IMG/VR virus record: IMGVR_UViG_3300044845_000779
Span: 4,261 to 68,260 of that record
Source of the DNA: a virus
Direction: 5' to 3' (one strand)
Length of the DNA: 64,000 nucleotides
Both the position numbers and the translations under genes were made by a program. The first letter of the stretch is position 1. Each line of letters starts with the position of its first letter. Shown here piece after piece: positions 30,901 through 39,015 of this stretch. Under the pieces are notes generated by a model. It saw nothing but the letters and a program-made list of their open reading frames with translations, was not told the origin of the DNA and did no database searches.

Positions 30901-31799
30901 CCGCGATCAAAGGCCTGCCCCCTGGTGAGAAAGAAAAGCTTGCTGCTGAGATCGGCCTGATCGACGACGAAGTGCTGGCCGGCAGCTACGGGTTCTCGCA
31001 TGAGGGCCACCACGTGACTGGCTTTGCCAAGAGCGTGCAGGACCGGTTCTTCAAGCTCAACGGCATGTATGCCTGGAACAAGTCGATGCGCATCGCCGCA
31101 ATGACGGCGGGCGTGAACTTCATCAAGCAGCGCGCTGTGGCGGCAGGCAAGGGCGACGAGACCTCGATCCGCATGCTCAGGGAGCTGAACCTCAGCGCAA
31201 ATGACGTCAAGATCAAGCCCGACGGGAGCCTTGCGCTCACCGTGGCCGACGGCCTGACGCCGCAGCAGGCCAACAAGATGCAAGAAGCGATGATGCGCTT
31301 CGTTGACGGTGCGGCGATCCGCCCGAATGCCGCGCACCGCCCGATCTGGGGCAGCGACCCGCGCTTCATGCTGATCTTTCACCTGAAGCAGTTCACCTAC
31401 AGCTTTCAGAACGTGGTCAAACGCTACGTCGAGAAAGAAGCCGAGCACGAGAACTACGCACCCACCGCCGCCATGCTGGCCTATGTGCCGGTGGGTCTCA
31501 CCCTGGGCCTGGCCAAGAGTGTGATCTCAGGGCGGCCGGTCGACACGACCTTGTCGGGGATGCTGGCCCTGGCGGTCAAGAACGCGACGCTTGGCACCAC
31601 CACCTTTACGGCTGACGTGTTCACCGACCTTGCGCGCAACCAGGTGCCGGGCGCGTCGTTCCTTGGCCCCTCGGCCGGGCACGCTATTCAAGCTGCGCAG
31701 ACGCTCGCCGGGTCGCCCAATGACTCGGTGGCCGACCTTGGCCTGCGCTCGGCGCCGCTGGGCCCGGCGCTGCGGGCAACCCTTTTTAGAGGCGCATGA
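24984..31799 (+). CDS. Very large internal virion/ejection protein (2271 aa) with zincin-like HExxH motif
   Basis: Gly-rich hydrophobic N-terminal segment, AHEALHG, NYFPRVWD; last structural gene before lysis. Confidence 0.7.
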   Translation: MAGVLDSPLRRSPSADVLGAPSDTAELANAIRVDPNASFERGLRSSASGLSAGAFADEALKAEQRGDREGFLRNKAIFESMQQEAQQFAPRVQRVEQINGLRDAGDYVAGALGQAVPTAIPSLAGGLAGGFVGGPTGAVIGASIPGYYMNRGEQIASQYQDPAIAALPAAQRDQEATRYGVMAGALDALVPGSVASRLLRPTLGNYVRNLGKEALVEGATEGAQTLLGQNTLARLNPNRDASDDRSELINSVLAGGIGGAGMSAASSAVTAAPRALLSGAGRTADAVGDAAGAVGGVLGSAADTASTAGRSLLDMFKSKPRAPIDLSASTAEVADQIKQGGANPISLDDLAAYGKDAADDAQQRVSGIFERRGEKPSMQFMVGDDDRDVARELVASNIDRSRLTKASESQFVEAMGTLLAAMKSPKGLTAEDLHDLGSSDLFLHTRNRVKMLEDVARAANLPTGALTEVRSAEADLEDRNSALYRTLMDNPRLQSGEERRAVATMIDMVANGSDVGRQRGRLQGEGREEQIYNALYQAFPTPALQNKLTQLLGQYSERRRAAMRASGQLVVNDPGENQQTAEIRNRFNDNPLGNDATRQEYDDPTRASISERTGADEFIFADDKVVRPFTSAANVRALKAQGRLGSRAAGNDRGVVRSSMLEHMNAHNARVSETGKGTLIDPEKEVVRVHKDLIEQNAIDQARLGKGGLTPTERGQLKRAIEGRDLLGQRIEEAIARPSLADKKTGAPSRKAWEAALELMPIYKRQSPDGEGALAQDEDLTGSRWAKAELKDTDDTRLTFRNATTRKTLNLNAIKLRNAWKQREVKGSVEDKTSAQFELDRFHDAVASVMGRGYTLARLSKTGTVLGKAQEDAIQNPGIQNIPASLNIGKFNGKMTTYGELVAAANEGKSKRQAPQAGPAQTALDRINYQHAKKHAKSENPPSIPAGRKIGEVAGKQMTYGELVAAAQAENDKSKADNKVRYNPLEAEIEDLRQARLDDTLRFGPVPDYKPLPETTRAERLQEIEDHAAQGPEERAEVLEGRDETLQAIRDRANVLRRKVSDLPYPQRQARREYIDKRRDELLAVYNQMFDNIRNLAQGDEREGPIDTNFQMGETLREQDAPGVRTVEPDTGESIQLVQDTARPGQVPTTKLTAATRPDFSNTRPDQREETGVAPAPTEKADRPSQLQVTAAAMKKKGVYTSEPMPLPDRGGNLNKRENDAKNRDLRLSTQAPLDLGLPAVSDKERADAARAREAEQARLAEDDARRNKEPTGEQLELGRARPPKQLPAAPVREKTAAPMPAKVEPRARPPREIGVTDFRGKEPGKAEIDAAMTATSSIRLDVPTVRAEEPYQTRIANYLKAKGWTETADNAGVFTAPRQKRSAGTTKFSLLQPQSPLVQPDLTADQQKELIDGLVKRLGKKVVVKIEKLAGGVSGSYANQREIAGLDGIQTVAADVVSIAINIGMDPARSVAAHEALHGLFNRLRGAGASSSKLSSAAILERVAMTPAVQKQLKALLAQYPAALNQIGQPEEAAAYMYQFWNAGQLKVVPPAAQDWMSKIRDMIRSVLKVATEQEKAAALMAAFDKGEFSNPATVDAVLRDLREKTFREKLQQGEVTRYLIDAADSLLLSSTDRLRGTNVPALRDLARKFHVETDNEGGRLGFLQRRAQQQNQMANRLNKLLVGKSETVKADALYALQTQQPATSKEAQELVDGLRGFLDSSHDYLTRMGVMTLSYKTSKDQYGNSVEVPGWDPLRKVKNYFPRVWDSERILANETEFRDLLTKYLLADGVTKLDVGVMVDGIVRSLVTEDTVGMNDNAAYTPFMEASNSRALTFINAKNAEQFQKFQAQDLSYIMSRYIFAAAHRGAYAKIFGNDGEVIREALDEAVKQGASAKDLDVAKRATSALLGTMGKDLDPKLRTLMNGIIAYENIVLLPFSLINNLMDAVGIAARSGDLKDSWEALKTGLAGVKAAIKGLPPGEKEKLAAEIGLIDDEVLAGSYGFSHEGHHVTGFAKSVQDRFFKLNGMYAWNKSMRIAAMTAGVNFIKQRAVAAGKGDETSIRMLRELNLSANDVKIKPDGSLALTVADGLTPQQANKMQEAMMRFVDGAAIRPNAAHRPIWGSDPRFMLIFHLKQFTYSFQNVVKRYVEKEAEHENYAPTAAMLAYVPVGLTLGLAKSVISGRPVDTTLSGMLALAVKNATLGTTTFTADVFTDLARNQVPGASFLGPSAGHAIQAAQTLAGSPNDSVADLGLRSAPLGPALRATLFRGA

Positions 31800-32314
31800 T
31801 GGACCGCAACTTCCAGCTTTCGCTGTTCCGAGTGCTCAAGCACGAGGGCGGCTATGTCGACCACCCGCGCGACCCAGGAGGCGAGACAAACCTCGGGGTC
31901 ACTCGCCGGACGTGGGAAAACTGGGTCAAGCGCAAGTGTCTACCCGGTGAGATGCGCTCGCTCACGCCGTACATGGTGGAGCCCCTGTACAAGAAGAATT
32001 ACTGGGACGCGGTGCGCGGCGACATCTTACCCTCCGGGGTGGATCACCTCGTGTTTGACTTTGCGGTCAACGCCGGCCCATCACGGGCAAAGAAGACCCT
32101 GCAGGCCGCACTGGGTGTCGATGACGACGGCTTTTTCGGGCCTAAGACTCTTGCGGCGGTCTTACTGTCTGATGCTACAATGACGGTGCATAAGTTCACA
32201 GAGCGTAAGAGAGCGTTTTACCAGTCGCTCCCTACGTTCACCACGTTTGGCCGAGGCTGGTTGATCCGCCTTGAGACAGTCAAAACCGAAGCACTGGCGA
32301 TGACGAAGGACTAA
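31796..32314 (+). CDS. Endolysin, glycoside hydrolase family 108 with peptidoglycan-binding C-terminus
   Basis: HEGGYVDHPRDPGGETNLGVT, FDFAVNAG, FGRGWLIR. Confidence 0.95.
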   Translation: MMDRNFQLSLFRVLKHEGGYVDHPRDPGGETNLGVTRRTWENWVKRKCLPGEMRSLTPYMVEPLYKKNYWDAVRGDILPSGVDHLVFDFAVNAGPSRAKKTLQAALGVDDDGFFGPKTLAAVLLSDATMTVHKFTERKRAFYQSLPTFTTFGRGWLIRLETVKTEALAMTKD

Positions 32315-32317
32315 CCG

Positions 32318-32452
32318 ATGCGTCTTGAACCCTTGATTATCTTTTTGCTCGGCTTCTTTTTGCTGGTCGCCTGCGCAAACCCAGCCAACGAGCCGGCGAT
32401 ACCGTCACCCACGGTGCTGGATGTGGTCGGAAAGCCGGAGACGGGCAAATGA
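32318..32452 (+). CDS. Small lipoprotein (44 aa; o-spanin-like)
   Basis: Translated by eye: MRLEPLIIFLLGFFLLVA-C lipobox, Pro-rich tail; ATGA overlap with the next gene. Confidence 0.65.
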   Translation: MRLEPLIIFLLGFFLLVACANPANEPAIPSPTVLDVVGKPETGK

Positions 32453-32709
32453 ATGACGACCTCGCCCGCATCGAAGCGAAGGTCGACACGCTGTCCGACG
32501 CGGTCGTCCGCCTGATTCTGATCGAAGAACGCCAGCAAAACCAGGCCGGGCGTATTCAGGAAGTCGAAGCCAAGATCGCGGCCCATGCGTCGGCCTTCAC
32601 CGCGCTCAACGCCAAGGTCGAAAGCTGGATGAACAAGTTCCTGGGCGTGGGGCTGGCGCTGGGGGCGGTTTACACCCTCATAAAGCTGGGCGCGGACATT
32701 TTGAAATAA
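32449..32709 (+). CDS. Coiled-coil protein with C-terminal TM helix (holin/antiholin-like)
   Basis: Heptad pattern then FLGVGLALGAVYTLI; lysis cassette. Confidence 0.65.
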   Translation: MNDDLARIEAKVDTLSDAVVRLILIEERQQNQAGRIQEVEAKIAAHASAFTALNAKVESWMNKFLGVGLALGAVYTLIKLGADILK

Positions 32710-32746
32710 GCAGTAAACAGAGTTATCCCTGGGGGGTTTCACCCCG

Positions 32747-32777
32747 AAAAAAAAGAGCCCTCGTGGGGCTCGTCTTT
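32747..32777. terminator. Probable terminator, stronger on the - strand
   Basis: A8 followed by GAGCCC/GGGCTC stem, near the convergence of the two arms. Confidence 0.65.
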
Positions 32778-32793
32778 AAAAAAAGGATGCCGA

Positions 32794-32967
32794 ATGAAAG
32801 ACTATTTTCTCGACCGTTTCAAAGAAGCCAGCACCTGGCGCGGCATTGTTATTTTCTTGACCGCGATTGGCGTTCCGATCGCGCCGGCGCTGGCCGACAC
32901 GATCATTGCCGCAGGTCTTGGTATTGCCGGCTTAATCGGAATGCTGATCCCTGATCGTCGGGCTTGA
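32794..32967 (+). CDS. Putative holin (57 aa, two TM segments)
   Basis: Translated by eye: MKDYFLDRFKEASTWRGIVIFLTAIG...IIAAGLGIAGLIGMLIPD; AAGGA RBS. Confidence 0.75.
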   Translation: MKDYFLDRFKEASTWRGIVIFLTAIGVPIAPALADTIIAAGLGIAGLIGMLIPDRRA

Positions 32968-33177
32968 TTCGCGAAAAGTAAGCCAGTGATCGGGGACGGC
33001 GTGAGCCGTGCCTCGATAGAACGGGTCGTCGATGTGCATCACCGAATGAACTTCGACGACCCGCACCAAACCTTCAAACTTTGATGTGGCTTTATCGCAC
33101 GCTTGATCGAGCGTGGACGCCATGACACGTATCTCCTCAAATTGAGGTTCGTGTTCTACCGCTACTAAGTAGATCAA
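32932..33177 (-). CDS. Hypothetical protein
   Basis: 81-aa ORF with AAGGGG RBS and TTG start. Confidence 0.45.
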   Translation of the reverse strand: MIYLVAVEHEPQFEEIRVMASTLDQACDKATSKFEGLVRVVEVHSVMHIDDPFYRGTAHAVPDHWLTFRESSPTIRDQHSD

Positions 33178-33314
33178 GACCGCCCCTTAAAAAAAAAATG
33201 CTTTTTGGCAAAACGCCGGGGGCAAGTGTCTCGCAGCGTGCTGCTGCAGTGGGCAAAAAAATGCAGGCGGATCATTCGCACGGATTAGTGCGACGAGCTA
33301 ATTCTGACGAACGG

Positions 33315-33605
33315 TCAAGCTGCAAGCTTGCTTGCCGCTTGTCGGCTCACTTCGCGCGACATCCCAACCAGCGCCAGCGCTTGCAGTTCAGCGTGAGTTG
33401 CTCTGCGCGCAAAAGCAAAGCCGGCGTTGTTGATGTGCCTGGCTGTGGTGGGCGTGCGCACGTCAGCTTGCAGCATTTCGCGTTCGAAGCTGACCCCAAC
33501 CAGCGAGTTGTATGAGAAAAGCATTGACAACTGGCCAACGCAGATTATTTGGCTATTGGCTGAGCTTGCCGTCATCGCCAGGCGGTATATCAAGTTGGTG
33601 TCCAT
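33315..33605 (-). CDS. Hypothetical protein
   Basis: 96 aa; AGGA RBS; LFSYNSLVG...TTARHIN pattern. Confidence 0.65.
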   Translation of the reverse strand: MDTNLIYRLAMTASSANSQIICVGQLSMLFSYNSLVGVSFEREMLQADVRTPTTARHINNAGFAFARRATHAELQALALVGMSREVSRQAASKLAA

Positions 33606-33880
33606 GTGCTTTTCCTGTGCTCTTTTCGTGTCACTCTATGTTGAATCTTGTCAGAGTGTTGTTAGACATGCGGACAAAATGAAAGTGGCCGCTATAGTCG
33701 ATAGCAGCCACAGGCGGTGAGAAACGGAACGGTCTTACAGGGTGTTAGAGCGAAACACAAAAAAAATGTCATGCGTACAGAATTCGGGCAGGTAACTGGA
33801 AACGCCCAAGGCATGCGGGTCGGCGTTTTGGCTGTGTTTGTTTTGCGTGTGAGAGAGCACAAAACTAAGTTCCTACGTTT
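33606..33880. other. Candidate attP region
   Basis: Non-coding, AT-richer stretch directly downstream of int; core sequence not identified. Confidence 0.35.
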
Positions 33881-34915
33881 TTACAGCTGTATCAGGCCTA
33901 CGCTTTTCTTGGTGTGGCCAGGCGCCAAGTGCGCATAAATCTCGGTCATCAGGATAGTCGAATGGCCCAATAATTCCTGCACTTCGCGTAGGGATACTCC
34001 CGCCATGACCAGATGGGAAGCAAAAGTGTGGCGCAAAGAATGAAGGTGGATTTCAGGCGGCAGCAGGGCTGCGTCGGCCTGGGCCCGGAACTTGGCAGTC
34101 AAGTAGTCCCTCGTCACACGGGGCAAGACGTAGCGCATGCCGCCAGTCAAAGCCCTGAGTGCATCAAGCGCTTCGCGCGCGCCGTCGTTGAGCGGCACGT
34201 CTCGAGACTTGCCCGACTTTGTGCGGGCCGTGGTGCGCGAGACGATCGAGATGAGCTCGCTTTGCACGTCGCCCCACTGCAGATTGAGAGCCTCAGTGCG
34301 GCGCATGCCAGTGTTGACATAGAGCTTCCAGATTGGGGCCCAATGCGGCTCAAGGGTTTGAGCGTGCAGATAAAGCGCCTCCATATGCGCTTTGGTCGCA
34401 AAAGTTGGCTTTACTTTGGCTGCACGCGGCAAATTAGGAAACCGCGCAGTCGGTAACGGCGACACTTGGATTTTGCCCCAAGCCACTGCCTTATTGAGCA
34501 TTGCGCGCAACGTGGCAATTTCGTTATTCGCCGCTGATGCCGCCACTTGCGTGCCGCGATTCAGCTTCCACATTTCGGCTTGTTGTAGCGGAATCGAATC
34601 GATTCGGTATTTGCCCAAACCCGGCACAATGACTTTCCTGATTCGCTTTTCTACATCGTAGTGCGTGTCAGGAAAAGCCTGGGAATACCAAACAAGGTAT
34701 TCCTCGGCAAATTCGGCAAGTGTTGGCGCTGCGGAAATACGCAGCCGGTGCATTACCTGCACGTTGCCCGCCAGCTCGAGTTCTTTAGCAAGCCGAAATG
34801 TTTCGGCCTGCTTTTCGGACATCACTTTCGTTTTGCCGAGCGTTTTGCGGTGCTGCTTGCCGGCTTCATGCCACTGGAGAACCCAGGAAGCACTTCTAAT
34901 ACGTACGGTTGCCAT
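33881..34915 (-). CDS. int: Tyrosine recombinase/integrase
   Basis: TGMRRTE (R), KSGK, HSLRH, LLGH and catalytic Tyr in TEIYAH. Confidence 0.95.
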   Translation of the reverse strand: MATVRIRSASWVLQWHEAGKQHRKTLGKTKVMSEKQAETFRLAKELELAGNVQVMHRLRISAAPTLAEFAEEYLVWYSQAFPDTHYDVEKRIRKVIVPGLGKYRIDSIPLQQAEMWKLNRGTQVAASAANNEIATLRAMLNKAVAWGKIQVSPLPTARFPNLPRAAKVKPTFATKAHMEALYLHAQTLEPHWAPIWKLYVNTGMRRTEALNLQWGDVQSELISIVSRTTARTKSGKSRDVPLNDGAREALDALRALTGGMRYVLPRVTRDYLTAKFRAQADAALLPPEIHLHSLRHTFASHLVMAGVSLREVQELLGHSTILMTEIYAHLAPGHTKKSVGLIQL

Positions 34916-35085
34916 TGCGCCTCGATCGCTTTGATCAAATCAACTCGGCGGTAGACTTTTTTGCCCATGAACCAGCCCGCAACAATGCCGCATGAAATGG
35001 CCTTGCTGCGGAACTGGCTGATGCTCACGCAGCAGTAGTGCGCGGCTTCGGCTTCAGACAAGTAGTCCTTACCTTCGAGACTCAA
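34822..35085 (-). CDS. xis: Excisionase-like HTH protein
   Basis: YLSEAEAAHYCCVSISQF...KKVYRRVDL; overlaps the int start; start codon uncertain. Confidence 0.7.
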   Translation of the reverse strand: MSLEGKDYLSEAEAAHYCCVSISQFRSKAISCGIVAGWFMGKKVYRRVDLIKAIEAQWQPYVLEVLPGFSSGMKPASSTAKRSAKRK

Positions 35086-35512
35086 TCGTGATCCTCAAGC
35101 TGGCCAGCTCGATCGTCACGCGTCCTTCGTGCTCGGTGATCGTCATTTGCGGCTTGTTGTCTGCGGGAACTGAGGGGCTGATCTTCTTTGGAGTGGGCTC
35201 AGGGCGGGCGTCGTAGGCTGCCTGAGCCATGGTCTCGATCTGGCTGGGTGCCAGATCTCGTTTGGGCTTGACCGTTTTCCAGCCATAGGCCCACTTGGCC
35301 TGGCTGCGCGGGGTCTTAGCCGCCGGCTCGCGGTACAGGTAGCCGCGCCGGTAGAGATTGCCAAGCGCGTCAGAGACGTGATTGGCGTTTTGTGCCACGG
35401 CATGGATTGCCGGCACATCGAACAGGTCCACGCATGTGAAAAGCCCAGGATGGGCCTGCATGTACTGCTCGAGTTGGTAGTAGATGTTGGTGTCTTGTAA
35501 GAGCGCGGGCAT
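35069..35512 (-). CDS. Putative winged-helix DNA-binding protein
   Basis: VSDALGNLYRRGYLYRE...WAYGW; GGAG RBS. Confidence 0.55.
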   Translation of the reverse strand: MPALLQDTNIYYQLEQYMQAHPGLFTCVDLFDVPAIHAVAQNANHVSDALGNLYRRGYLYREPAAKTPRSQAKWAYGWKTVKPKRDLAPSQIETMAQAAYDARPEPTPKKISPSVPADNKPQMTITEHEGRVTIELASLRITIESRR

Positions 35513-35665
35513 GATCAGCTCCGAAAACGGGGCGTACGTGAGAGAGGCCGAGAGTCTAAGAGGCCAGATAGTACGCGTTTTAGGTAGCGTGTGAATACCG
35601 TTTGGCGTGCGGACGACCACGCACGTACAGCTCAAGCAACAAAGCTGTGATGCTGATCACACCCG

Positions 35666-36127
35666 TTAGGATGCGAAAGACTGATTGCGTGAAGTTGGCG
35701 AGCTGAAAAGCTTTGGATGTGTAAGACATGGGCTAGGGCCTGTTTGAGTGCGAATCCAGTCGGCTAGAAATTGGCGCGATCGGACCAGCGGTTGGAAAGA
35801 TGCTGCAGTAAAGAGGGCTTCCCAGGCTCGGTTCTGAAGCAGAACGCCGCCTTCTTTGCAGCCCACAATCACTGCGACATTACGGCCCTCTGATAGACGC
35901 CCGCGCAGCCAGTTAAGCTGACGTGCGGACAGGTCTATCGGAAGGTCGGTCGCGCCTCGCACCGGTATCTCAACGAACTTGTATTCGACCCAGAGGTCGG
36001 CCTTTCGCCCCGAGTACCACACGTCTGCGGTGCCCGAGCGAAAGGGGTTGTTGTGCTTCTCGAAATGCACATCACGCAAGTGTTTGTGCACCGAGTTCAT
36101 GAAGACGGTCTCAGGCTTTGAGGACAC
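35666..36127 (-). CDS. VRR-NUC/Holliday-junction-resolvase-like nuclease
   Basis: GTADVW, WVEYK, LSARQLNWL; start inferred. Confidence 0.8.
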   Translation of the reverse strand: MSSKPETVFMNSVHKHLRDVHFEKHNNPFRSGTADVWYSGRKADLWVEYKFVEIPVRGATDLPIDLSARQLNWLRGRLSEGRNVAVIVGCKEGGVLLQNRAWEALFTAASFQPLVRSRQFLADWIRTQTGPSPCLTHPKLFSSPTSRNQSFAS

Positions 36128-36644
36128 TCCGCAGCCGTGCCTGCAGGTCTTCAAGCGTACCGTCGTTGTGGATGACGACGTCGTCTTCGGTAATAGCCAC
36201 GCCCATCTCGGACGCGTGCCCGTGAACAGGCGGTGCAGCTGCGCGGCGCAAGTGGATCAGCAGCCCGTTCATCTCGCGGATCATCTGCGCTTCGTTCTCA
36301 AAGCGCACGTCGGCCACGATCATGCCGGCGCCGCTGTTCAGTAGCGTCTGCTTGGCCAGCGTGATCCAGATGTCCTGGTCGATGAGGTTGCGGCCCCACT
36401 CGGTGCCAAGCCACTGCATCATTTGACGCGGGCTCTTGCCGCCAAAGGCTGCGATGGGGCTTTCCTTGTGCTCTTGCCAGTAAGGCTGAGACATGTCGAT
36501 ACGCAGGCCAGCCTTGAGCATGGCCCGGATCGGATCGGCAAACGAGTAGTGGTAGCCACCCACCAGGCCTGCGATAAGGCTGGCGGTGGTGTCTTTGCCT
36601 GAGCGCGCGGGACCGGCGATGCCGATTATTGGAATGCGTGGCAT
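36111..36644 (-). CDS. Deoxynucleoside monophosphate kinase
   Basis: GPARSGKDT, FADPIR, PRQMMQWLGTEWGR, DVRFENE, HASE. Confidence 0.93.
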   Translation of the reverse strand: MPRIPIIGIAGPARSGKDTTASLIAGLVGGYHYSFADPIRAMLKAGLRIDMSQPYWQEHKESPIAAFGGKSPRQMMQWLGTEWGRNLIDQDIWITLAKQTLLNSGAGMIVADVRFENEAQMIREMNGLLIHLRRAAAPPVHGHASEMGVAITEDDVVIHNDGTLEDLQARLRSVLKA

Positions 36645-37153
36645 TGCATGATCTCCATCAGCTGGCGGGCCTGAAAGACCGCGTCGTTGAGCGCGTTGTG
36701 CTTGAGCTCTTGGCCGAGCTCGAGCTTTTTGTACTGCCCGTCAAAAAGATTCTTGACCGTGCGGTAGCAGCGTTCGTTGTAAAAGCGCCAGGGCACAGGA
36801 CCGCCCGCGTCGGTGTAGGCGGTGGCCAGGATCGGCAGATCGAACGACGCGCCGTTGGCCCAGGTATGGATGGTCGGTGCGTCGGCGCCAACGAAGATCG
36901 TCAGGTCGGCGAGCACATGCGCAAGCGAAGCCTTGTCTGCGTCGCCAAAGACGCGCTGGGCTTCCTCGCCCTGGCTCAGCCACCACTTGAGTGTTTCGGC
37001 TGAAATGTGGCGGTTCTTGAACTGCGGTTGAATCTCGACTTCTCGATAGAAAGTGTCGACGATGGTAGTTTCGGTGAACTTGCAGGCACCCACGCTGAGA
37101 ATGACAGCGCGGGGGTCGGTGGACAATGTTTCGAGATCGATCATCAAGTGCAT
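36626..37153 (-). CDS. 3'-5' exonuclease (DEDDh)
   Basis: MIDLETL, WANGASFDLPIL, RCYRT, HNALNDA. Confidence 0.92.
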   Translation of the reverse strand: MHLMIDLETLSTDPRAVILSVGACKFTETTIVDTFYREVEIQPQFKNRHISAETLKWWLSQGEEAQRVFGDADKASLAHVLADLTIFVGADAPTIHTWANGASFDLPILATAYTDAGGPVPWRFYNERCYRTVKNLFDGQYKKLELGQELKHNALNDAVFQARQLMEIMQCHAFQ

Positions 37154-37180
37154 GAGACTGGCCTATGAGAGTTGTGGGTG

Positions 37181-37220
37181 CGCTCTAATACTCTGGCAGG
37201 TAAGTAAGAGTATTAGAGCG
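37181..37220. repeat. Perfect 14-bp inverted repeat (processing site/terminator candidate)
   Basis: CGCTCTAATACTCT, 12-nt loop, AGAGTATTAGAGCG. Confidence 0.8.
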
Positions 37221-37238
37221 TAAGAGCAGAGGGCGAGG

Positions 37239-37988
37239 TTAACGCACCACGCGTGCTGCCGAGCGCCCGCCGCGTGCAGGCATGGTCATGGGCTGGCCAC
37301 CGCCCAGGCCCGCGTCAGCTTTGGCCTGGAAGGCTGCAGCGTAGTCGGGCTCGGTCAGCAAGCGCTTGCGTGCTTCGGGCATGCGAGCGACGGCTTCCAC
37401 CACACGTTCGTTGATTTCGGGAGCACCGAAACGCAGCGACGGGTAGTCGACCTTGGGGTCGAAAGCGATGGTTGTAACGACCTTGACGGGCGGGGCCTGG
37501 AACTGGCCTGCGATCGAAGCGACGTACGCATCAAACGCTTTGATGCCGGTGGGCGAGACCGACAGCAGCCAGATTGGCGTGTCAGCTTCGAAGTCCGCGG
37601 GCAGCACAGCGATCAAGCGACCGTTCTTGCAGGCTTTGCCACGGCCGGCAGAGCCGAACTGGTTTTGCGGGCACGAGGAGCAGCTTTGCGCTTGCTTTTT
37701 GGGCGAGCTCTCGCTTGGCACGAGCTCGGACGGGTTGGCGCCAAGCGCAAAGCAGTCGGGCGGTGCGATCTCGTCTTTGTTGAAGGCACCCTCGTAGAAG
37801 AGGTTGCTCGCCACAAAGTCGAGGATGATCGCCTGGAACGGGCCCGGGTTGGTCGTGCCGTCGGGAAAGCGGAACTGCTTGCTTTGCGTGACCTTGATGC
37901 GGTCGCCCGAGGGCTTGGCGATGCGGTTGCTGATGTCAGCGACCATGTCGGCCAGCTGCTTGTCGATGTTGACGATCTCAGTGCTCAT
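37239..37988 (-). CDS. Putative ssDNA-binding/annealing protein
   Basis: CSSCPQNQFGS..RGKACKN motif; replication cluster; high codon bias. Confidence 0.6.
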   Translation of the reverse strand: MSTEIVNIDKQLADMVADISNRIAKPSGDRIKVTQSKQFRFPDGTTNPGPFQAIILDFVASNLFYEGAFNKDEIAPPDCFALGANPSELVPSESSPKKQAQSCSSCPQNQFGSAGRGKACKNGRLIAVLPADFEADTPIWLLSVSPTGIKAFDAYVASIAGQFQAPPVKVVTTIAFDPKVDYPSLRFGAPEINERVVEAVARMPEARKRLLTEPDYAAAFQAKADAGLGGGQPMTMPARGGRSAARVVR

Positions 37989-37993
37989 GCTTT

Positions 37994-38401
37994 TTATCCT
38001 AGAGTGGTAGTGCGGATGGTCTTTTTGGTGAAGGGGACAACGCCGGGGATGACGCCCTTGGTCTCGAACAGCTCACGGCAGCCCGTGACCGAGGGGCGCC
38101 GATCGAGAAGGTGGAAGTACTTGTGCCGTGCGATGAAGTCGTAAAACGCTGCCCAGTCTTGCACTTGGGGCTTGATCGACTCGCTGATCGAAGCGGTTGC
38201 CAGGCGGCCGGTGGAGCGCACCACGCCTTGGGCTTCCATCAGTTCGATCAGGTTGTTGGCGGACGCTTCGATCTGTTTCTCAAGATCTGAGACGACCGTT
38301 TCGGCGTCTTTCTTGCGCTCTTTGAGCTTTTGCAGCGCATCGATTTGTTCGCCGACGGTGAGCATTCGCGTGTGTGTAGCTGTAGCAGTATCTGCGGGCA
38401 T
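37994..38401 (-). CDS. Coiled-coil protein (Gp157/Gam-like)
   Basis: Coiled coil then VQDWAAFYDFI...LLDRR...IPGV. Confidence 0.55.
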   Translation of the reverse strand: MPADTATATHTRMLTVGEQIDALQKLKERKKDAETVVSDLEKQIEASANNLIELMEAQGVVRSTGRLATASISESIKPQVQDWAAFYDFIARHKYFHLLDRRPSVTGCRELFETKGVIPGVVPFTKKTIRTTTLG

Positions 38402-39015
38402 CAGAGTTTCTCCGAATTGGGAAAGAGAGTCAACAGATCGTTTAAGAGAGTGAGAGCCTCGGGTCGAGTTAAGTTGATGGTCTGTCCTGCAACGTCGATT
38501 GCGATGGACTCGATGCGGCGCGCACGCACCGTTGATGGAAAAGGAAAGTCAACTTTAAGGTCATGACACGGCGTGCCGACTATACTGGCCAGGCCCGGCG
38601 CCGGTGTGCCGGCCATGTTGCCCAAGCTAGCCGGCAGCATTGGGTTTACGGAGAAGTTTGCGGGCGGCTTGATGCGCAGCGGCTTAGTAGCACGCGAGGC
38701 GGGTGTCTCACGAGTCTCAGCGCGCCGCTCGTAGACCAAACCGAGCTTGCCCACGTTCTCGTGAAAGTAGCGATAGCGCGCGTTATCAAGCGGGTCGTCG
38801 TCGATCACACGCGTCACACGCCTGGTAATCCACAGCCGGTTGCAGATGTTGGATGCGCAGGTTGTGTCAGGAAAGTCCCCGGGCGCGATCTTCACAATTT
38901 GCGTCGAAGTAAGCCCGTCACCGCCTGCGGCGTCAAGCAGCGCCATCATGTACGCGGTCTTAGTCGGGAACTCGTCTGTTTTACTTTGAGTAGTTTCGAG
39001 CATATTTGCCTTCAC
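38401..39015 (-). CDS. Putative winged-helix protein
   Basis: GLTSTQI...ASNICNRLW...RYRYF. Confidence 0.5.
   Translation of the reverse strand: MKANMLETTQSKTDEFPTKTAYMMALLDAAGGDGLTSTQIVKIAPGDFPDTTCASNICNRLWITRRVTRVIDDDPLDNARYRYFHENVGKLGLVYERRAETRETPASRATKPLRIKPPANFSVNPMLPASLGNMAGTPAPGLASIVGTPCHDLKVDFPFPSTVRARRIESIAIDVAGQTINLTRPEALTLLNDLLTLFPNSEKL

Noticed and set aside
24984-31799. N4-type virion RNA polymerase
   Set aside because: No T7-like polymerase motifs recognised and the protein is much shorter than N4 vRNAP; not fully excluded without structure prediction
33606-33880. tRNA fragment or dif-like att core
   Set aside because: No T-arm/CCA or XerC/D consensus recognised; no tRNA genes seen anywhere in the window
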